Source: an uncultured delta proteobacterium (GTDB lineage Bacteria; Desulfobacterota; Binatia; UBA9968). Taken from it: a stretch of DNA of 64,000 nt. The translations under genes and the position numbers were made by a program. The notes beneath the pieces are model-generated. The model was not told where the DNA came from. It ran no database searches and saw only the letters and a program-made list of their open reading frames with translations. Location of the stretch: positions 225,755-289,754 of the forward strand of contig CAWJBB010000030.1 of NCBI GenBank assembly GCA_963840855.1. Reading direction: 5' to 3'. Below are positions 23,405-33,108 of the stretch, in pieces. The stretch's first letter is position 1; each line of letters starts with the position of its first letter.

Positions 23405-23592
23405 TTTCAGATGGGGGCCCGCTTATTCTGCTGGGGCTCCCTCTTTTATGACGCGCCCCGCAGCTGTAGGCATCGGTCTCGTACGCTGACCGAATCGCGT
23501 CGTCCCGATTCTCGTGTTGCCGACGTATGGCGCTAAGCTTTGCTGCCGGTCCCCGTTGTTGCATCCTCAGTATGTTAACATCCTCGGTTTGA

Positions 23593-23639
23593 TGCCCCGA
23601 AGGCAGAGGTCACAAGTTCGAATCTTGTCGGGTGCGCCA
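23593..23639 (+). tRNA. 3' half of tRNA-Arg(CCG); fragment, possible att scar
   Basis: ccgaaggcagaggtcacaaGTTCGAATCttgtcgggtgcgCCA contains the CCG anticodon, T-arm, acceptor 3' strand and CCA. There is no D-arm or 5' acceptor strand upstream. Confidence 0.75.
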
Positions 23640-23651
23640 GACCTCAAATCC

Positions 23652-24725
23652 TTACTCCGGCGCATACACCACGATGCATCCACGGCAGGCCAACTCCTTC
23701 GCTGTCGTGGCCACATAGACGCGATTGTTGGCGAGACTCACCCCGAGCGAGCGCGCGCCATTCGACGTCGGTATCTGCTGCAGGCCCTTTTTCGTCTTGG
23801 TGTCGACCACCATCAAGGTTCCACCTGAGGTGGAATGGTAGTACTGGCCGAGTTTGCGATTCACCGTCGAGCCGCCGTTGCCGCCGTATCCCGTGAGATA
23901 TGTTTCCACCTTGCCGGCCGCGATATCGAAAATCGCCATGTCACCGCCGGGCTTGGGAGACGGGCCGTGGACGCTGCTGCAACCCAGGAAAATGGTCGAG
24001 TCCGAGACGATGGCGAGACTATGCGGATGACACCCACCGAGTTCGTGCAGCTTCACGAGCTTGCCGTTTTTGGGATCGGTCTGCGCCAACAATCCCTTGG
24101 TGGTGTCGGCGCGTGATACCGGGATGGCTGTGTAGAACATGCCGCTTGGCGCGTGATACGCGGAACGCTCCAGGTTCTCGCCGGATTCCGGAATAGGGAT
24201 CTTCGCCAGGATTTTGTGATCGGGCGCAGTCGAGATGAAGCTGAGGAACGGCGGATCGTCGTTCGAATTGGCGACGATGACGACGCCGATGTCTTCGCCC
24301 ATGGCCATCCCGTTGGCGCGCTTTTTTCCGCCAGTGGCGACCGTCCCCGTAATCTGGCCGGTCTTGGCATCGATCACCTTGATCGCGCTGTCGCCGTCGC
24401 TCACCCATACTTCGGCGCCGCCCTTGACGACCACAACACCATTCGGTCCCGAGGCATTGCCATCCTTTAACCGTCCGACGAAGCCCGGTATCCGCGAGAC
24501 GAATTTGTCGGTCTTAGTATCGAAGACGACAACGGATTTGTTGGTCTTGTCGGCGAGATAGCCAAGACCCGTCGTTTGGTCGATGGCCATAATGCCGATG
24601 TCGGTGATCGGATCACCGGGAATTGATATTTCTGCGACCTGTTTCAGGCCTCCGGCCTGCGCGGGACTAGCGGAGATCATGGCGGCGAGTGCTGCAACGA
24701 TCACGGACGTGGAACGCGACTTCAT
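23652..24725 (-). CDS. Secreted YncE/YVTN-like beta-propeller protein
   Basis: Signal peptide MKSRSTSVIVAALAAMISASPAQA; repeated VVFDTKT, VIDAKT and VVDTKT blades; GPNGVV. Confidence 0.8.
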   Translation of the reverse strand: MKSRSTSVIVAALAAMISASPAQAGGLKQVAEISIPGDPITDIGIMAIDQTTGLGYLADKTNKSVVVFDTKTDKFVSRIPGFVGRLKDGNASGPNGVVVVKGGAEVWVSDGDSAIKVIDAKTGQITGTVATGGKKRANGMAMGEDIGVVIVANSNDDPPFLSFISTAPDHKILAKIPIPESGENLERSAYHAPSGMFYTAIPVSRADTTKGLLAQTDPKNGKLVKLHELGGCHPHSLAIVSDSTIFLGCSSVHGPSPKPGGDMAIFDIAAGKVETYLTGYGGNGGSTVNRKLGQYYHSTSGGTLMVVDTKTKKGLQQIPTSNGARSLGVSLANNRVYVATTAKELACRGCIVVYAPE

Positions 24726-25057
24726 CGGCTCCCTCCCTGTATCTTTTCTTGGCAAGCATTAGCGACACATTATCACGATCAGACCCATGGACGCATCACT
24801 ACAACAGAGAGAGCCATAATGAAAGCCCCTTGAGCTAAAAGCGAAAGCTGTGGCAGCACGCTAGCCCAAGTCTCATTGTCCATTGCTCGCCAAGTTGCGC
24901 AGGCTTTGCGGAGAGTATGCGGGGTAATTCGCATCGCTTGCAGTCTCGCTCGGCGACCGGTGATGGCATATCCGCTTGCAAATGTTTGCAAGGGTGTTCG
25001 AAAGTTTGATGCGATTTTTTATGATGGGTCGTGGAGGTCTAGACCGTTGTCTCGGTC

Positions 25058-25375
25058 TTACGTTCTCCAGCGCAGCGTCTCGCCCTTTACGGGATTGACG
25101 AACGGCTGGCCGCTCTCCGAAGACGCCAGCCACGCCTTCTTCAGCTGCAGATACCATTTCATCGATTTATCGGCATAGTTGATCAGAATTTGCAGTGGCG
25201 AATGACGCAGACCATCCTGCGGCGTGCTATTTTCTCTGCCGACGTTTTCAGGGAACGCGATGAGGCGATCGGCTACGAGTTCCGAGTGCTCGATGAGGTC
25301 GGTGGCGTGGCTGACAACACCCGGAATCAGGATCTTCCCGGCGGGGAGTTTTACGTCGCGCCAGACCTGATACTC
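25058..25375 (-). pseudogene. Fragment of a cobalamin-independent methionine synthase II family gene, joined to unrelated sequence
   Basis: EYQVWRDVKLPAGKILIPGVVSHATDLIEHSELVADRL..VGREN is the typical C-terminal region of this family; there is no start codon. Confidence 0.7.
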
Positions 25376-25508
25376 AAGATCGCTCTCTGACTATCACTTT
25401 AACTCCAATTGTGAGATACAGTGGGCGAGTGCCGCTATGCTTTAGGCATCAGCCTACGAGCGACGGCTCTGATCCGGCACACGGGCAAAAAACCAAAGGG
25501 TATGCGCC

Positions 25509-26645
25509 ATGGACACGACTTTTACGCGGAGAGTCTCATTGTTGCTGATTCTCGTTCTTTCCGGTTCCTGTGCAGTAGCTTCCGCTGTTATTGCCGCCTC
25601 CGCTGAGCCCAAATCAGTTACAGCTTCGCACCTCGATTCCAAGAAACAGGGCTACACGTCCTTCGGCACCAAAGATGAAATCGTGGCTGGTGCCAGGAAA
25701 GAGGGTAGCCTGCGCGCGATGAGTCAATTCGATCAGAGAACAAATAAGGCTTGGGTTAGTGCTTTCAAGAAGCGGTATTCGTTTATTGATGTTCAGGTAG
25801 CCGATGCCACCGGAACTGACCCGCAGCAGCGGCTGCTCCTCGAATTAAAGAGCGGGCGACCGACAGGCTGGGACGTCTATGACATAGCTCCGGACTTTCA
25901 TTCCGAATACCTTCCGTATACCGGGAAGTTTGACATCATGGGAATGGCTACGGCGAAGGTTCTCGCAATACCCGTACCCATGATCGACCCAAAGAATCAC
26001 AATGCAGTGAGTATCGCGAGTTCCGCCCATGGAATCGCATACAACAGAAAGCTGATCCCAGAGGGTAAACTCCCCAAGTCATGGGACGACTTCCTAAGGC
26101 CGGAGTTCAAAGGAAAAAAATTTCTAGTTGATACTCGCCCCCAAGGATTCGCCGCTCTCGCCGCGGGACTAGGTGAGAAGTGGGTCGTAGATTATGCGCG
26201 GAAGATAGCGGCGCAGGATCCAGTTTGGGTACGTGGTCAGAGCCGTTATTTCACCTCCATAGCACAGGGAGAGCACGCGTTGTTTCACCTCGCGTATCAA
26301 TACAGTTGCGTAAGAACAGCGAAGAAAGTCCCCACCGATTCTTTGGGATGTGAAATCGTTGAGCCTGTGCCGGTTAGGATTCAAAACTTTTTAGCGATAA
26401 ATAGTACTGCTCAACACCCAAACTCCAGCCTTCTCTGGCTGGAATTTCTCGCAAGCCCTGAGGGCCAGAGGATTATTGACGAGCATGAGGAATTCAATGC
26501 ATCGTTGTTTTCTCCAGGCTCAAAACTCGCAAACTTGATTCAGGGAAAGAAACTGTCCGTGAATAGTTGGGACACTATTCACAATAGCGATAAGTGGCAA
26601 CGGATGGTCATCGAGGCCGTCGGGTTCCCGACTGCGGAGAAGTAA
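25509..26645 (+). CDS. ABC substrate-binding protein
   Basis: Signal peptide; IAYNRKLIP, QDPVWVRG, LLWLEFLASPEGQ and AVGFP. Confidence 0.9.
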   Translation: MDTTFTRRVSLLLILVLSGSCAVASAVIAASAEPKSVTASHLDSKKQGYTSFGTKDEIVAGARKEGSLRAMSQFDQRTNKAWVSAFKKRYSFIDVQVADATGTDPQQRLLLELKSGRPTGWDVYDIAPDFHSEYLPYTGKFDIMGMATAKVLAIPVPMIDPKNHNAVSIASSAHGIAYNRKLIPEGKLPKSWDDFLRPEFKGKKFLVDTRPQGFAALAAGLGEKWVVDYARKIAAQDPVWVRGQSRYFTSIAQGEHALFHLAYQYSCVRTAKKVPTDSLGCEIVEPVPVRIQNFLAINSTAQHPNSSLLWLEFLASPEGQRIIDEHEEFNASLFSPGSKLANLIQGKKLSVNSWDTIHNSDKWQRMVIEAVGFPTAEK

Positions 26646-26707
26646 CGTGACATACATTTCGGAACGTTAGGAACTTTCACCTGGAATATTCGCATAAAGG
26701 AGAAAAC

Positions 26708-28381
26708 ATGGCAGAGCTCGAAGTGTTAAATCCGGTGGCGGCGATCCGCGGCGAGCTAAACGCTCGGGAGGTTAGCCCCCGACTAACGAGTCTGGAGGGA
26801 AGGACGCTGGGGTTGTTGTGGTCAGGAACTACCAACGGTGACGTGGCATTGCGCCGGGTGGAGCACCGTCTGCAGGAGCGATTTCCCAATATTCGAACGA
26901 AGTTCTACCGTGGCGAGCATCCGTTTGCCGAAACCTTGCTGCGCGACGTAGCGCAGGCGTGCGACGGGGTTGTGATCGCGACCGCCGATTGAGGGACCTG
27001 TAGCTCGTGGAGTATCCACGGGGCAGTAGAACTGGAGAAACTAGGAAGACCAGCGGTTACCATTGTGTCGGGGCGGTTGGAGGGGGACGCCGTCGAAAGC
27101 GCCCGTGTGTTCGGGATGCCGCATCTGCAGTATGTAGTAGTGCCCTGGATATATCGGAACCTGGACGCCGAGCGCGTGTTGGAGCAGACGGACGGAGCGA
27201 TCGATGACGTGGTGTGCGAGCTTACGACGGCGCGGCAGGCGAGAAATGGGCATGTTGTTTCGTCCGAGTCGGAGCGATTCAAAGGATGCGATCGGTTCGA
27301 GGCGGTGGAGCGGATGAACGAAGCATTTCTCCTGCGCGACTGGGGCGACGGCTATCCACTGCTGCCTCCGACCCCCGAGGCGGTGGATCGACTACTTAAG
27401 GGAACCTGCCTGCCGCGAGATCACGTGCTGTGTGATCTACCGCCCGGATGGGGATTGGCAACGATTGAGAAGGTAGCCATCAATGCAGCCATGGCAGGGG
27501 CGAAGCCGGAGCAGATGCCGGTAATCTTGGCGGCTCTCAAGGCGCTCTCCAAGGTGGATCCGGAGATGGCGCGGCACATCCTCATGTCCACCGGCTCCCA
27601 CGCCTCCCTGCTCGTGGTGAACGGGCCTATCGCAAAGGAAATCGGGATCAACGGGCGGGCGTGTATGGGCCCAGGCCGGGACAACCATGTAAACCTGACG
27701 ATCGGTCGCTCATACACGTTGTGTCTGAAGAACATTGGCCAGTGGTACCCTGGGCAAATGGATATGGATACGGTGGGCTCCGTGCGCAAGTTTACCGTGT
27801 GCGTGGCTGAGAACGAGGAAGCGAGCCCGTGGGAGCCCTTCCACGTCGAGAAAGGATACCGCAAAGACGACAGTGTCGTTACCCACATGGCTACTCGGGG
27901 GGAGATCGATATAATCGACCAGGGGAACACTATCCCCGAGCGGGTCCTGATGAACATCGCCTTTAACTCCACCATGGGACAGAAAGATCTGCGGCACGGG
28001 GCAGATTCAGAAATCGGTCGCCGAATCATCCTCATGGTGCCGCCGGATCCGGCGCGAATAATCGGTGAGGGCGGCTTTAGCAAGCAGGCGGCGAAGGAGT
28101 TCATTCATTTTCACGCCCGCAAGTCCTTGCTTCACACTCTTGCGTACGTACCGCTGCGCAGCACGGAGGGCGATCTCCGGTGGCTGCCGCGACACTGGCG
28201 CTGGCTGCGAGACCTTTCGGACAAGGAGCTGGACCAGATCCTCGAGCCGGTGGTGGACCGCGCCGACCGGTACGATCTGTTCTGCGTGGGGGCGGACCGG
28301 GCGAAATTCCAGATCATGCCCGGGGGGCCTTCCGTCCCCTCACTGGAGAACATCGACCAGTACCGCGCCAGCGCCGGATAA
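26708..28381 (+). CDS. UGSC-family selenoprotein (Sec at TGA 26990-26992), 557 aa two-domain fusion
   Basis: ORFs 26708-26992 and 27065-28381 share a frame. Read-through gives ATAD-U-GTCSSWSIHGAVELEKLGRPAVTI. The downstream domain has WGDGYPLLPPT and TIEKVAINAAMAG. A SECIS-like hairpin follows the UGA. Confidence 0.88.
27004..27022 (+). promoter_or_regulatory. Candidate bacterial SECIS element
   Basis: Stem CUCGUGGA/UCCACGGG with a GUA loop beginning with G; the loop starts 19 nt after the UGA. Confidence 0.75.
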
Positions 28382-28402
28382 ATGAGGGAAGAGGGTGCGA
28401 AT

Positions 28403-29482
28403 ATGAAGCGGAAAAGAACAACATGTGAGCTCGTTCTTGTATCGCTTTTCTGCGCGTTCCTGATCGGTCCCCTCATTGTAAATGACGCTTTCTCACAAGC
28501 TCCTTTCTACGAAGGCAAGACCATCAGAGCTATCATAGGCCAATCGCCGGGTGGCTTGGGAGACAGCCGGCTCAAGGCTGTCATTCCTTTTCTGCAGAAG
28601 TATATTCCGGGAAAGCCCCTAATCGTTAGGGAGTATATGGAGGGGGCAGGGGGCCAGAAAGCCGCAAACTATGTTCACAAGACCGCCCGTCCAGATGGCC
28701 TTACCATCGGCTTTTATGCCGCAGGCACGGTGCCGGCGGCCGTCCTCGGACAACCTGGAGTGCTCTACGACCTCAAGGAAGTGATTTTTCTTGGGGCCCA
28801 CCAGACTGGGCGCCCAACGGTTTTTTTTACCCGCAAAGAATTAGGTCTGGACAATCTAGACAAACTGCGGATGCACTCCGGTTTGCGCATCGGCGCTCAG
28901 GCGGTCGGGCATGGCACGTACTATGTCAGTCGACTGTTCGCCTACGTATTTGGTCTCCGCGAGCCAAAATGGGTTACGGGCTATAGTGGCCCGGAGTCCG
29001 ACATTGCCATCGCGAGCGGTGAGATTGATGCTCGGGGTTCTGCGACGCATCAAATCGTAACTTCTCGATCAGACTGGGTCGAGAAGGACCTCATGCACTT
29101 TCACGCTATTTACGAAGTTCCCAAAGGCAATGGGCACCCGCATCCTCGCTTTGCTCGACTCCCCGAGTACAGCAGTTTTGCGAAGTCCGAGAGAGAAAAA
29201 AAAGTCATAGAATTATATCGGACGACGCAAAGCGCCTCCCATCCCTTTGTTCTTCCTCCGGGCACTCCTAAAGAGAACGTCCAGATTCTCCGGGAAGCGG
29301 TGCGAAAGATGTTTGAGGATCCGCAATTCTACAAGGAATACGAAAAGCTCACCGGGGAAGCATCCCGGCCAATGAACGGGGAGGCGCTCGAAAAGGAGAT
29401 CAGGAGCATGGCCGGCGAACCAGACGTCGTAGAGTTGCTCAAGAAAATTGGCGGACCTGATCCCTTACCGGCCCGCCAGTAA
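28403..29482 (+). CDS. Tripartite tricarboxylate transporter substrate-binding protein (TctC/Bug-like)
   Basis: FYEGKTIR, SPGG, GAGG..AANY..ARPDGLTI, VTGYSG and PFVLPPGTPKE. Confidence 0.88.
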   Translation: MKRKRTTCELVLVSLFCAFLIGPLIVNDAFSQAPFYEGKTIRAIIGQSPGGLGDSRLKAVIPFLQKYIPGKPLIVREYMEGAGGQKAANYVHKTARPDGLTIGFYAAGTVPAAVLGQPGVLYDLKEVIFLGAHQTGRPTVFFTRKELGLDNLDKLRMHSGLRIGAQAVGHGTYYVSRLFAYVFGLREPKWVTGYSGPESDIAIASGEIDARGSATHQIVTSRSDWVEKDLMHFHAIYEVPKGNGHPHPRFARLPEYSSFAKSEREKKVIELYRTTQSASHPFVLPPGTPKENVQILREAVRKMFEDPQFYKEYEKLTGEASRPMNGEALEKEIRSMAGEPDVVELLKKIGGPDPLPARQ

Positions 29483-29521
29483 GGCGCCGAAACGAGCAAA
29501 GAAGGGCCAGCGGAATTCGCT

Positions 29522-29767
29522 ATGGGTGACGCGATGATAGAAACGATTGAAGGAGCACTGGAGACGCTTCGCAAGTCACTTCAGGCCGACGGTTTCGATC
29601 TTAAAGTTGAAGGCTTCAAAGAAGGTGTTGTCTCCGTGGTGGTTGTAGCCGGACCCGACGCGTGTATCGAGTGCTTAATTCCACAAGAGCATATTAAGTT
29701 AAGAATAGAGCATAGGCTCAAAGGTCTCGCTCGGACGGTTCGGCTGCGTTACCCTGAAAAGCCGTAG
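29522..29767 (+). CDS. NifU C-terminal-like domain protein (CxxC)
   Basis: LRKSLQADGFDL..GPDACIEC matches the NifU-C/Nfu pattern. Confidence 0.75.
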   Translation: MGDAMIETIEGALETLRKSLQADGFDLKVEGFKEGVVSVVVVAGPDACIECLIPQEHIKLRIEHRLKGLARTVRLRYPEKP

Positions 29768-30113
29768 TGAGCGCATTGCCAGGGTTGGTGAGCGCAGATA
29801 AGATTGCCGATCGCCTGGGGGGAGGGTTGAGCTTCGACAACAGTCCCGTCGCTCACATGTGGCGGAGGATCCAGAGGCCGACGAAGTATCTCTGAAGCGG
29901 CCTAGCCGCTCCTTCGGGACGTGATCGTTTTCGTCAGCGTGGTTCGTCTGCTAAACCGGGAGCCGCCGGACGCTTGACTGATGCTTTTTGTGCGAACAGT
30001 AAATCAAGAACTTGGCTTGGTTCGACCCGCAGCCGGGTGTATCACAACTGAACGCTCTTTGGCATCACAGATATAAGCCGGGGTGGAACGGGTCAATCGG
30101 AGCAGGTCTCGGC

Positions 30114-30530
30114 TCACCTCTTTCCACGCGAGCTAAAAAAATTGTCGAGGCCCCACCTGACGGCGCCGCGGCTGGAGATGAAAAGGAACGTAAAGCAGTA
30201 AAAGACCGCGCGCTCGCCGGTGTTCAATATCGGCCAAAATCCCTTGGGAAAATGATTCTGAAAATAAGCGACGGCCATCTCGCCGCTGACGATGAAGGCC
30301 GCGTAGCCGGTGAACAGCCCAATCGCGACCAGAACGCCGCCGAAAAATTCGATCACCCCAGCGAACCAGTATTGCGCAGGAAACTGCGCCACCGCTCCGG
30401 CCCCGTCCAGGCCACCGAAGACGCCGAACAATTTTCTCGCTCCATTGCAGGAAAACGCCAGTCCCACGAAAATCCGCATCAGGGCATAGAGATAGTCCGA
30501 GTACCTCCCGAGAAATCTCTCCATGATCAA
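30114..30530 (-). CDS. DoxX family membrane protein
   Basis: GARKLFG, AGVIEFFGG, SGEMAVAYF and PILNTGE. Confidence 0.9.
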   Translation of the reverse strand: MIMERFLGRYSDYLYALMRIFVGLAFSCNGARKLFGVFGGLDGAGAVAQFPAQYWFAGVIEFFGGVLVAIGLFTGYAAFIVSGEMAVAYFQNHFPKGFWPILNTGERAVFYCFTFLFISSRGAVRWGLDNFFSSRGKR

Positions 30531-30707
30531 CCTCCTTCTTGAGTTATTGGTCCAGGCTACTGGTGCTGTAAAATAAACCTTGTTTATTGCTGATTCAGCT
30601 CAATAGCAATAAGGACACTAATTATGTGGCGTTGCCAGTCCAGGAAAATCCGCGTTGAAGGGGGATGCGAGTCCTGGAATAAAGTGCAAACCCTTTTCTC
30701 CATGATA

Positions 30708-31057
30708 TTAAAACCTCCGGGAGCAGGTCTTGTAATCCAACATCAGTAAGTCGCGCGCTTGAAACAAATGACGTACACCCGTTTGTGGCGGCGATAGAAG
30801 CTCTGGCTGAATATGCCGTTTAGCTGGCGCATGCCTATGGAAAGATTGGCGCTTAGGGGTCTCAACAAGCAAGTGATAATGCTTTGCCATCAAGCAATAG
30901 GCATGACAGATCCAGCGGTATCGAGAGACGACATGTGCGAGGGTCTTAAGAAACAACTCGCGGTCGGCGTCGTTGAAAAAGATCTTCTGGCGAGCATTGC
31001 CCCGACTGGTCACATGATAAACCGCACCGGCAAATTGCAACCAAGCGGGCGTGCCAC
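30708..31057 (-). pseudogene. Truncated, frameshifted Y1 (RAYT/IS200-like) transposase
   Basis: GAVYHVTSRGNARQKIF..HAYCLMAKHYHLLVETP contains the HUH motif; the reading frame then breaks down. Confidence 0.85.
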
Positions 31058-31184
31058 GGCGCGCTTGTATCAGCTCACTCTGTTGGATTGCAACACCTGA
31101 TCCTCCAACAGTGCTAGCAAGAAGCACAGGTGCTACCGGCATCGATCTTCTTCGTTGGGAGGCGGAAGAGAAAAATCGTGGCGT

Positions 31185-31565
31185 CTACGGCACTGCTTTA
31201 TCCCCCGTGCCCATACTTTCCTTCACCCTGTAGCAAGTGGAGCAAAACTCGGCTTGGGAAAACGAATCCAGCCAATCGGGTTCGATGGCATTGTTGCACG
31301 CCAAACAAACGCCGTACCGGCCGCTCGCCATGCGCTGCAGCGCGCTGTCGACCTGTTCGATTTCCCGCTGATGAAAGCTGAAAAGATAGCTAAGGAGAAA
31401 TTTTCTTTGCTGTTCAAAGCCTTCCTTGTGCAACAAAGCGTGCCGTTCGAGCTGTTCTAGTTCAGACTGTATCTTGTCGATCCGTGCCCGAATTCGATCA
31501 CGCCGATTGACGAGCCGGTCCATGTAGACTCTATTGGCGTCCGCCTCCTCCTTCTCTAGGAACAT
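31185..31565 (-). CDS. TraR/DksA-type C4 zinc-finger protein
   Basis: Coiled coil followed by ALQRMASGRYGVCLAC..FCSTC. Confidence 0.8.
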   Translation of the reverse strand: MFLEKEEADANRVYMDRLVNRRDRIRARIDKIQSELEQLERHALLHKEGFEQQRKFLLSYLFSFHQREIEQVDSALQRMASGRYGVCLACNNAIEPDWLDSFSQAEFCSTCYRVKESMGTGDKAVP

Positions 31566-31684
31566 AGGCTTCTCCTTTCCGTCGCCGGTAGGTCGACCGC
31601 CTATCCTTTCATCTTAGGAGAGTGTCGATAGGATACTGGAAACTCGAGCCGCCAAGCCTGGTGCGATCCTTATTCCGCAATCCC

Positions 31685-32068
31685 TTATTCGCCGCCCAGC
31701 GATTTGCCCATGCCGCTAAGCCCGGCAGGCCAGACGTTTCGCAGCGGAAATGTCGACACGCTCGCTTCGGATCGGGATGTCAGCGCTGTGATTTTCATAA
31801 ACTTTGGCAACGTGTTCCGGTCGAGCCAGATGCCGCCACAGCCCGAGCAGCGGCGCACGGGAACATCCATCAGGGTTGAGTTTTGCAGGTGAACGCCGCA
31901 TTGAGGGCACTGCAGATTAGGATTTTCCTCTTGGCCTTGGTGCGCCCGTTCCAGGCTATGTTTGAGTCTATCGAGAAGCTGCCGGTCCCTTTCGGCGAAG
32001 TAGACATCTTCTCTCGCCCGCTCCAGCAATCGAATGAAATCTCCAAAGCGGTCCCTTTCTTCGTTCAT
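31685..32068 (-). CDS. zf-TFIIB domain protein
   Basis: EDVYFAERDRQLL followed by CPQC..CSGCGGIWLD; RBS AGGAGG. Confidence 0.8.
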   Translation of the reverse strand: MNEERDRFGDFIRLLERAREDVYFAERDRQLLDRLKHSLERAHQGQEENPNLQCPQCGVHLQNSTLMDVPVRRCSGCGGIWLDRNTLPKFMKITALTSRSEASVSTFPLRNVWPAGLSGMGKSLGGE

Positions 32069-32127
32069 AGACTATCCCTCCTGCGCCCGAGGGAGACACA
32101 TCTCACGGCCCGAGTCGCTGCCGCAAA

Positions 32128-32162
32128 GCAAAAAGGGCATCCTCCCCTTGAGAATGCCCTTC
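32128..32162 (-). terminator. Intrinsic terminator
   Basis: The minus strand reads AAGGGCAUUCUC-AAGGG-GAGGAUGCCCUU followed by a U-tract. Confidence 0.75.
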
Positions 32163-32343
32163 TTTGCCGGCGCGCTATACGCCAAATAATTCTATGGTCT
32201 TTCTATTGCCGTACCCGCATGCCGCCATCTTGCTACCCTCGCGGGTCTCACTCCCGTGCAAACTTTCGGATCGTCCTTCGATCTAAGGCCTTCCGTGTTT
32301 TGCCACTGTAGTGGCGCTCCGCATCTGGCGGCTCAGTTGAGGC

Positions 32344-32445
32344 CTAGCGTTGACGGTTCCTTCGGGTGAGACAGAAATCGGATCCGGAAGAATAGCCGCC
32401 CGCCAGCAGCGGGCTTTGGTCATCAGGTGGTGTGCCGTCTTGCAT
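32344..32445 (-). CDS. Putative 33-aa peptide MQDGTPPDDQSPLLAGGYSSGSDFCLTRRNRQR
   Basis: Strong SD (AAAGGAGGT) 9 nt before the ATG; below the ORF-track size cutoff. Confidence 0.4.
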   Translation of the reverse strand: MQDGTPPDDQSPLLAGGYSSGSDFCLTRRNRQR

Positions 32446-32535
32446 AACGCAAAGACCTCCTTTCACCTTTCGGGCTGCGGCTCTTTGCGATCCATCTGCC
32501 CCAGCGCCTGGCGGCGCTCGATGAATCTGATTGGG

Positions 32536-32564
32536 CTTCTATTATCCTGAAGCCTATTTGTCAA
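32536..32564 (-). promoter_or_regulatory. Possible sigma70 promoter
   Basis: TTGACA-17 nt-TAGAAG on the minus strand. Confidence 0.4.
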
Positions 32565-33108
32565 GCCGGCATTGCTCGTGAACACAGTGGCCGCGTCGCA
32601 TTGTGCAAATAAGCAAAATGAAGTCCGGACCAGCGGAGGTTATTGATTCATAGAGTTCGCGTAATGAGGGCGGCTTAGTTGACTTCGAGCTGGGAGTTTC
32701 GTCGTTCTCGCCACCCGCCAACCAACCGGCGACAGTTCAAAAAAGCCGGAACACATCCGGAGGGAGTCAGGTTGAGCTGCCCCCATCCAGTTGCATTGTT
32801 TTTGTACGAGCACGAAACACGAACAGAGATACCGCGATTCGTTTCGGAATGTGTTTCAAAACGTCGGCGGAATTATGAATGAACCTGCAGATGACCTATG
32901 AGCTGCGTAAAGCCGAGAAGGCACTCCGGCAAGAGTTAGAAAGAGCATTGAGGAAAACAGAAGCGACCTTGAGAATTACCGAAATAACGCAATATGATAT
33001 GAAAGCCCTCTGCCTCTGCCTAAGAGTTGGCGGCGAAGTTAGTGGTCGGGCTGCATCACGATCGGTGCACAGACGCCGAGAACAAATGTGCGAGGCCCCG
33101 CTTGCGGG

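Larger units (their letters stand above)
32128..32530 (-). ncRNA. Candidate large structured RNA (unassigned) containing a 33-codon ORF
   Basis: Many hairpins including a GNRA-capped one, long-range helices, an upstream TTGACA promoter and a downstream terminator; see findings. Confidence 0.5.

Noticed and set aside
29770-29900. Possible acyl-CoA dehydrogenase C-terminal scrap
   Set aside because: The similarity is too short and degenerate to support.
32640-32700. Weak resemblance to a fluoride riboswitch (gagttcgc...tgacttc)
   Set aside because: The GGCGAUG 5' strand and its pairing are missing, and no fluoride-related gene follows.
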